The position numbers and the translations under genes are program-made. From positions 1-53,197 of the forward strand of contig CAZHPN010000015.1 in the NCBI GenBank assembly GCA_964534375.1: a stretch of DNA of 53,197 nucleotides, given 5' to 3'. Below the pieces are notes generated by a model, which had not been told where the DNA came from, made no database searches, and saw nothing but the letters and a program-made list of their open reading frames with translations. The stretch is from an uncultured bacterium (GTDB lineage Bacteria; Lernaellota; Lernaellaia; Lernaellales; Lernaellaceae). Of the stretch, positions 47,601-53,197 are shown one piece after another (the first letter of the stretch is position 1; each line of letters opens with the position of its first letter).

Positions 47601-48588
47601 CCCCGGCGGCGGCCATCGTCTCGGCGTTCTTGACCTGGTGATCGCCGGGCAGGCCGCTCTTCGGAATCACGACCGCCGGGGCGCCGACGGCGGCCGTTTC
47701 GGCCAGCGACCCCGCGCCGGCGCGGCAAATGATGATATCCGCGACGCGCAGCCATTTGTCGATGTCATAGAGATATTCTTCGCGCCGGTAGAAATCGCGG
47801 CCGTCGTCCTCGCGGAAACCGCCGGCCGCCAGCCGGGCCGCCACGTCGTCGGCCGCGTGGTAGTGCGCGTCCGCATAACGGCCGACGCCGTGCATGACGA
47901 AGACGCTGCGCCGCAACGCCGCGTCGGCCGCCAGCTTCGGGGCCAGCGCGGCCACCGCGCGGTTGAGCGAGCGCGCGCCGAGGGAGCCGCCGGTCGCGAG
48001 GATCACCCGCCGGTCCGGGTCGACGCCCAGATCGCGTTTCCATTGCCGTTTCTGCTCGTCGGATGCCGGCTCGCGGAGCGCCAGAATCTCGCGGCGCACG
48101 GGATAGCCGACCAGCACGCCGTTGTGCTGAAAGTAAACCAGCGTTTCCTTAAAGGTGACGCAAACCCGCCCGGCCAGCTTGCCGAACGTGCGGTTCACCA
48201 AGCCGGGAAACGCGTTTTGTTCGTGAACCAGAATCGGTCGACGCAGCAGCCGCGCCGCCAGCAGCACCGGCGCGCTCACGTAGCCGCCGGTTGCCACGAT
48301 CAATTGGGGCCGCCAGCGCAGCAGGATGAAGAACGCCTTGAACGCCCCGGCCAGCAGGGTCAGCAGAAAAACGGCCATGGCCGGCGAGTACTTGCGGTCG
48401 GGCATGCCGACCGACGGGATGAACCGCAGCGGAATGCCGTGCCGCGGCACAATGTCGGCCTCGGCGCGCCCGGCCACGCCGAGATAGAGGAATTCGGCGA
48501 GCGGATCGTGCCGCGCCAACTGGCTGGCGATCGCCAAGTTCGGATAAACGTGGCCGCCCGTGCCGCCGCCGGTCAAAACATATCGCAT
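44656..48588 (-). CDS. murG-murJ: MurG-FHA-like-MurJ-HEAT repeat fusion protein, 1310 aa
   Basis: MurG: GGGTGGHVYP, GGYVS, HEQN, GGSLGA, RAGA, DHQVKNA. FHA-like: VGS..DVRL..PG.APGH..NG. MurJ: GFVRE..FGAG..D..ANLMRE..AE. C-terminal HEAT repeats (DPYYEVR, DRHFEV, DPRWPVR). Confidence 0.92.
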   Translation of the reverse strand: MRYVLTGGGTGGHVYPNLAIASQLARHDPLAEFLYLGVAGRAEADIVPRHGIPLRFIPSVGMPDRKYSPAMAVFLLTLLAGAFKAFFILLRWRPQLIVATGGYVSAPVLLAARLLRRPILVHEQNAFPGLVNRTFGKLAGRVCVTFKETLVYFQHNGVLVGYPVRREILALREPASDEQKRQWKRDLGVDPDRRVILATGGSLGARSLNRAVAALAPKLAADAALRRSVFVMHGVGRYADAHYHAADDVAARLAAGGFREDDGRDFYRREEYLYDIDKWLRVADIIICRAGAGSLAETAAVGAPAVVIPKSGLPGDHQVKNAETMAAAGACLVIQERRVVERGESVDAVDDERLLAAIRELLSAPPERRAAMRAAAAGFVVPDCLERIEAQARALVAGPKPQSEKATRRRTFLVDPQGRRTEALYDKSRVGSGRWDDVRLALPGLAPGHFWLKRTARMVNGRVEETWTVIPRESLRLRHADGAIEAVNGPTALAEDDRLVLPDGTEFSLAFEWVTVTREKATKGVVENVFSQGLGTFMAKGLGFVREAFLGRFFGAGSIMDVFAVALSIANLMREVVAEMALENAFLPSFLLFYHRSDDKRPAWRLAWQVFNFFFVLSSAFTALAILTCPWWIHLVARFNDPALIAQTVAMTRLMFPFLILMSVSAFLGTLLQAFDRFGPNAFSPVLYSLGLIFIVPILEPLFGLYALGVGVLVGGALQIVYQMFFLLRRGLREKIAWNAYQPRLHGEPGVRKVAALAGPVFIDATINKISGIVDKVLATPLIAGSVSALYFSRLLVVFPFSVLAMSVSRVFLRDLSDVAAESDAKEYSAMLRRGIDATLMLMIPTTAMLIALATPLVRFIFEGGKFTAVGTSMTSLALVCYAIGLLGWSLTSLYSRVFSSQLDTRTSMLTNAGSLVVYLVFAVVLVRTPLRHAGLALATSLMFAFNTVWRHRIIARRLAADGAPIGMRQFAPTFGKTIAASVVMVLVMQLAFVAPRDGAGFVAKAWAFLAPAGLGLFIFLMFAYLLRTDPLIDFLNYFAARYGLGRPFGNPPLRLPEGNGNVRALSAAALLAEAQRRPFDDAELAIVRERLATYLSHDDWWVRNFGVKLIGALKMADQLDVLVDAVAAPIERRPWLLRQWLGSRRDAGFVRRNALTALTDVGVFDERVRRAILAGLDDPYYEVRQFALRTAVSFREQLRGDAACLAGVARCLRDRHFEVAPAAIAAWAELADAPHAIDELFWLLDDPRWPVRAAAATGCRRLHDRGLAPDRAALRRALQRTLLTAEMVEPVSPLKTAVKRAIAGLTEEG

Positions 48589-48747
48589 CGTCGCTTTCGC
48601 GGTCGTTGGTGAATTCGGCCCAGACTAGCACCGGGGCCGGCGCTGCTCAAGACAAAACCGGCGAATTTGCGGCGCGCGGGCGCCGACATTTGTTTTTGCC
48701 GCCCACAGTTTGTATAAGGGATGCTCGACAGGCGGCGCGAGGAAACA

Positions 48748-50874
48748 ATGAACCGGCAAACGTGGCTCTGGGCAGCGCTCGCCGCGTTGTGGCTGGCCGC
48801 CTATTCCATCCAGTTCTTTGTGATCGACCCCCCGTGCCCCGACCCCGACGACGAAGCGCGAATGAACGGCCTGCTCGCCACCGGGTTGAACGCCGGGCTG
48901 CTGGCCCCGCCGCGCGAATACCAATACGGCCCGAGCCGCGGGCCCCTCGTGTACGGCGCGCTCCTGGCGCCGGTTTACTGCATCGCCGGCTCCAAATTTC
49001 TCTGGATTCGCCTGCTCGGGCTGCTGTTCGTCGCGGGCGGTGTGTATTTTTGGACGCGCGTGCTGCATCGCGCCTGGGGCGCGCCGTTCGCGCTGCTGTT
49101 CTTCGCGTTCAGCGTTTTGCCGCCGCCGTTTTTCCAATGGACGTCGCATTGCGGATTTTGGGGCAACCATCTGGAAAGCATCTTCTTCTCCGGCCTCGTG
49201 TTTTTTTTGTTTTTCCGGCTGGGCGACCGCTTGCCGGCGCCGTGGCGCGCCGCCGCGCTCGGCGGCGTGGCCGGCTTTGCGACGTTCTTTTGCCCGCAGA
49301 ACGCGCCGCTGGCGCCGACGCTGGCGGTCGTCGCCGTTTGGCGCTGGGGTCGCCGGGCGCTGTGGCGCTTCGTGCTGCCGGCCGGCGTCGTTTTTCTGCT
49401 CTTTTTCCGGTCGGTCGACGGCTCGTCGTGGACCGAATTGCTCGTGAATCTCGGGCGCGCCCGCACGTGGGAGAAAATCGGCGGGCTGTGGTTTTCGGTG
49501 CTGCCGTCGCTCATGGGATACAATGCCGAATTCGCCCCGTTCGTCCGCAACCTCATGACGGCGTGGCGGGGTTCGCTCGATTGGCAGAATCCCTACCTGG
49601 CGATTTTCAACATCGCCGCCGTGCCGCTGTTGTCGGTGCTTTTCTGCGGCCTGGCATGCTGGGGAATCGTCGTCGCGACGCTGGCGAGCGTCCGCTCGCA
49701 CGTCGCGCGGTTCGCGACGCCGGTCGAAGATTGGCTGCGGCCGACGCTGCTCGTCTGGCTCTTCCTGTGGACGCTCGCCTACGGCGTTTCCCTGGGGCGC
49801 GTGCATCCGGAAAACTTCAATTATTACGGCCTGCGGTACGCGCTGCCGCTGTATCCGGTTGTTCTTTCGTTTGTTTGTTGGACCGTCGGGTCGATGCGGC
49901 GGGGCAAGTGGCTCGTCGCCGCGCCGTTCCTGTTCGTCGGCTTGCTGCACATTGCCGTTCCTGCCGTGCGGCATTGGCCGCAGTTCGGCCAGGCGCGGCG
50001 CGAACTGACCATGAAGCGCGGCGACGACTACGAATTCTTGATCCGCCATCGGCTGGCGCCCTGCTGGGGCCGCGATTGGCCGGCCGCGGCGGCGGCGATT
50101 CGCAAGCTGCCCCGCGCCTGGCGCGATTGCGGCTGGGCGGCGGCCGGCGGCGAGTTGCGGCAGGCCGATCTGACCAAGCTGCTGCGCGGCGATCCGGAAT
50201 TCGCCGTCTCGCCGGGCGAACGCCGGCCGGCCGTCTTCGGCGCCGGACAAAAATGGGGCCGGCAGTTGTTCGCCCAAACGCGTCCCCCGTGCTACGTGCC
50301 GGTCGAGACGGATGACGACGATCCGGAATGCTGGAAACTGTTGGCCGACGCCGACGCCGACATCGCCGCGGCGTTTGTCGAAGGCGCCGGCGCCGGTTTC
50401 CTGGCGGCCGACCTGGCAAGCGACCGGCAGGAAACGACGCTGAATTGCGCGTTCGGCTTCGTGGCGGCGAGCGAATCGGGCGCGGATTACCCGTGCGGCC
50501 CTATTGCATCCGTGCGCACGACGCTCGACCGGTTTCCGCGCTTGCCGGCCTGCGAGATCTACGGCGCTTTTCTGCGCGGGGCGGCCGCCGCGATCGGCGA
50601 ACGAGACGCGTCGTGGCGCGACGAACAGGTCGCCAAGTTTTGCGAATTCTGGGCGGCGTCGTTCGGCATCGCGCCGCCGGTTGACGCCGGCGCCGACTTC
50701 TTCCGCGGTTTCGCCGCCGGGCAGGCCGAGCAAGTCATCGACCGCTATAACTGGTTCGTCTACGAGGGCGATACGGCGCAATTTCTGCGGCTGAAAGATA
50801 GTCTGCGCGCGCGCGGCGTGGCGCTGAAACCGCGCCGCGTCGCCGGCGAGTACGAACTGACGGCGGCGCAATGA
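48748..50874 (+). CDS. GT-C-like polytopic membrane protein with periplasmic C-domain
   Basis: N-terminal TM followed by DPDDE, WIRL, WGNHLE, RYALPLYP; about 12 TMs. Confidence 0.7.
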   Translation: MNRQTWLWAALAALWLAAYSIQFFVIDPPCPDPDDEARMNGLLATGLNAGLLAPPREYQYGPSRGPLVYGALLAPVYCIAGSKFLWIRLLGLLFVAGGVYFWTRVLHRAWGAPFALLFFAFSVLPPPFFQWTSHCGFWGNHLESIFFSGLVFFLFFRLGDRLPAPWRAAALGGVAGFATFFCPQNAPLAPTLAVVAVWRWGRRALWRFVLPAGVVFLLFFRSVDGSSWTELLVNLGRARTWEKIGGLWFSVLPSLMGYNAEFAPFVRNLMTAWRGSLDWQNPYLAIFNIAAVPLLSVLFCGLACWGIVVATLASVRSHVARFATPVEDWLRPTLLVWLFLWTLAYGVSLGRVHPENFNYYGLRYALPLYPVVLSFVCWTVGSMRRGKWLVAAPFLFVGLLHIAVPAVRHWPQFGQARRELTMKRGDDYEFLIRHRLAPCWGRDWPAAAAAIRKLPRAWRDCGWAAAGGELRQADLTKLLRGDPEFAVSPGERRPAVFGAGQKWGRQLFAQTRPPCYVPVETDDDDPECWKLLADADADIAAAFVEGAGAGFLAADLASDRQETTLNCAFGFVAASESGADYPCGPIASVRTTLDRFPRLPACEIYGAFLRGAAAAIGERDASWRDEQVAKFCEFWAASFGIAPPVDAGADFFRGFAAGQAEQVIDRYNWFVYEGDTAQFLRLKDSLRARGVALKPRRVAGEYELTAAQ

Positions 50875-50974
50875 CCGGCGCCATCTTGGTCCTAAATTCA
50901 GCGTGAGAATCGCGGCCCGTTTTCGTCGATTTTTGGGCGTCTGGCCGCCTTCGTTTCGGCCCTTTTTTTCGCGC

Positions 50975-51002
50975 TTGACTTTTTTTTGCGGTTCGGCAAT
51001 AT
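50975..51002 (+). promoter_or_regulatory. tRNA operon promoter
   Basis: TTGACT-N16-CAATAT followed by a GC-rich discriminator. Confidence 0.55.
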
Positions 51003-51024
51003 GGCGGCTCCCCGAGAGGGGAAT

Positions 51025-51096
51025 GCGGGAATAGCTCAGTGGTAGAGCACCGCCTTGCCAAGGCGGGGGTCGCGGGTTCAAGTCCCGTTTCCCGCT
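51025..51096 (+). tRNA. tRNA-Gly (GCC), CCA not encoded
   Basis: GCGGGAA/TTCCCGC acceptor stem, AGTGGTA D-loop, CCGCC-TTGCCAA-GGCGG anticodon arm, GGTTCAAGTCC T-arm. Confidence 0.97.
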
Positions 51097-51101
51097 TTAT
51101 C

Positions 51102-51172
<71 letters not shown>

Positions 51173-51491
51173 TTCCGCCAGCTAGCGCGACATCACGAAA
51201 AGGCCCCATAATCCTCTCCAGGACGGTCGCGGCGTTCAACATCACGATGTCGCTTATCAGGAGCTTGCGGCCGATGCGATCCGTCCTGGGCGCAGCCAGC
51301 TGCCGAGTCCGGCGATTTTGGCAAAGAGGCGAAGCTTGAACGGGAGTTCCGCGTCATACGGTGTTTGATCTTTCTCTTCCGGTCTTGACGCACCGCCGGC
51401 GGCGGACGTGTAATGCGGTCGCAACCGCCTTTCCGGACGCGCGGAAAGACGAATGCTCGCCAAAGTTTCAGACCGCGTGCGGGGTGTGACC

Positions 51492-52811
51492 ATGCAACGG
51501 ATTCTTGACTTGGCTTTTCTCGCCTTCCTGGCCTTAGCCTCCGTCGCCTTGGCGGCCGGCTGCGGCGGCTCCGGCGGCAGCGGCGGCAATCACTCTCCCA
51601 GCGTGACCGACGACGATGACAACGATATCTCGCCCGACGACGACGACAACGACAACGACAACGACAACGATATCTCGCCCGACGACGACGACACGATCGG
51701 GGCTTGCTGCCTGGCCGGCGGCGAGTGCCGGGAAATGTACCAAATTCCGTGCCTCAACGGCCCCGGAACCTGGCAGGGACCGTGGACTAACTGCTTCGCG
51801 AGCACGTGCGCGGACGATGACGACAACGATGACGACGACAATGACGATAACGACAACGATGATAACGACAACGATGACAATGACGACGACGACGCCTCGC
51901 CGCTCTGGTCGGCGATGGCGAGCGGCACGACAGTGGGGTTCGCCCGCGTTTGGGGCACGTCCGCCGCGGATGTGTTCGCCGTCGGCGGAAGCTACACCGC
52001 GAGCGTCATTGCGCACTACGACGGCGCGTCGTGGTCGGCGATGACGAGCGCAACGACGGCGTGTTTGACCGGCGTCTGGGGCAGCTCGGCCGCGAACGTG
52101 ATCGCCGTGGGCACGGAATTCAGCGGCGATAATTGGGTCGCCGACGTGGTCGTGCAGTACGACGGCTCCTCCTGGTCGGCGATGACGAGCGGGACGCTAG
52201 GTGAATTGTGGGGCGCGTGGGGAAGTTCCGCCGCGAGCGCGTTCGCCGTGGGCTATGACGGCAGCGAGAACACCGTCCTGTTGCAATACGACGGTTCTTC
52301 GTGGTCGGACGTCTCGGGCGGGATGTCGGGGGCGTTGTACGACATTTGGGGGACCTCGCCGTCGAACGCGATCGCGGTGGGCTTCGAATATGACGCCATG
52401 CTGCCGATGGTCGCCTACTATGACGGCTCCTCGTGGTCGTCGGGATTGCCGGGGGACGACGACACGTACTACGACGGCGGCTATGAGGAATTGTACGGCG
52501 TCTGGGGCAGCTCCGCGGCGGACGTGTTCGCCGTGGGCGACACCGGCACGATCCTGCACTATGACGGCTCGTCGTGGACGGCGATGACGAGCGGCACAAC
52601 GACGCCACTGCTCAAGGTTTGGGAAAGCTCGGCCGTCGACGTGTTCGCCGTGGGCCAATCGGGCGCGATTCTGCACTACGACGGTTCCGCGTGGTCTGCG
52701 ATGTCGAGCGGGACGACCGTGGATTTGCTCGGCGTTTGGGGAAGCTCCGCCTCGGATGTGTTCGCCGTGGGCGACAACGGCACGATCCTGCATTACGGCG
52801 GTGAGATTTGA
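51492..52811 (+). CDS. Lipoprotein: Asp/Asn-rich linkers, Cys-rich module, seven VWGSS-type propeller repeats
   Basis: LAAGC lipobox, DNDISPDDDD x2, GACCLAGGEC...WQG...C, repeated WGSSAADVFAVG...ILHYDGSSW. Confidence 0.9.
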   Translation: MQRILDLAFLAFLALASVALAAGCGGSGGSGGNHSPSVTDDDDNDISPDDDDNDNDNDNDISPDDDDTIGACCLAGGECREMYQIPCLNGPGTWQGPWTNCFASTCADDDDNDDDDNDDNDNDDNDNDDNDDDDASPLWSAMASGTTVGFARVWGTSAADVFAVGGSYTASVIAHYDGASWSAMTSATTACLTGVWGSSAANVIAVGTEFSGDNWVADVVVQYDGSSWSAMTSGTLGELWGAWGSSAASAFAVGYDGSENTVLLQYDGSSWSDVSGGMSGALYDIWGTSPSNAIAVGFEYDAMLPMVAYYDGSSWSSGLPGDDDTYYDGGYEELYGVWGSSAADVFAVGDTGTILHYDGSSWTAMTSGTTTPLLKVWESSAVDVFAVGQSGAILHYDGSAWSAMSSGTTVDLLGVWGSSASDVFAVGDNGTILHYGGEI

Positions 52812-52841
52812 GGGAAGCCCGTGAGACGGCCGCCCGCCTCG

Positions 52842-53197
52842 TTAATCCTTTTTGCTTTTTCGCTTCGGCGTTCGCTTCGGTTTTGGCTTGCGGCTTTGTT
52901 TTTTGGTCGTTGACGAAGTTCGCCGCGTGACGCGCGGCAGCGGCTCGGCCAACACCTCGATCTCGGGCATGGTCATCTTCTTCGCCGATCGCCGCGTCTT
53001 GACTGGCGCCGCGGGCGGCGGGGCGACGATGGCGGCGGGTTTCGCCTTGGCCGTGCGTCGGGTTTTGCCCGGCTTCTCCGGTTCGGCCGACGGCGCACTC
53101 TCCGGGGCAACGGCCTCCTCGCCGGCGCCCAACTCCACCCCGAACAGTTCGGACAAGCCGTCGGCGGCGAGGATCTTGTCGCCGGCGGGTCCGGTTT
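52842..53197 (-). CDS. 3' end of a protein with a Lys/Pro-rich tail (possibly SWIM zinc-finger family); partial
   Basis: Frame is open to the window edge: GDKILAADGLSELFGVEL followed by a basic low-complexity tail. Confidence 0.5.
   Translation of the reverse strand, partial: TGPAGDKILAADGLSELFGVELGAGEEAVAPESAPSAEPEKPGKTRRTAKAKPAAIVAPPPAAPVKTRRSAKKMTMPEIEVLAEPLPRVTRRTSSTTKKQSRKPKPKRTPKRKSKKD

Noticed and set aside
51193..51393. Possible integrase remnant or small gene after tRNA-Cys
   Set aside because: No recognisable motif or RBS in the frames examined.

Overview
GC-rich bacterial chromosomal segment. It is probably from a deltaproteobacteria/Myxococcota-like lineage (inference from the MGS-less PurH type and Asp-rich lipoproteins) and probably origin-proximal (mnmG preceded by five perfect parS sites). 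Housekeeping genes include mnmG, split transketolase, a PLP aminotransferase, purN, rsmI, a macrodomain protein, an ECF sigma/anti-sigma operon, slt, greA, mraY, tRNA-Gly and tRNA-Cys. Envelope genes are abundant: four GT-C-type membrane glycosyltransferases, a wecE/GT2/wecD-like cluster and many lipoproteins. The most striking item is a 1310-aa MurG-FHA-like-MurJ-HEAT fusion coupled to a divergent mraY outside any dcw cluster. Other notable items: (1) a 43-aa very basic protein with its own strong promoter, RBS and terminator; (2) a Cys-loop-type channel gene flanked by direct copies of a heptamer-bounded element; (3) intergenic 7-/9-mer inverted arrays and REP-like hairpins; (4) several intact ORFs that have lost catalytic residues; (5) several apparently leaderless genes. 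All family calls come from motif recognition by eye; no database searches were run.
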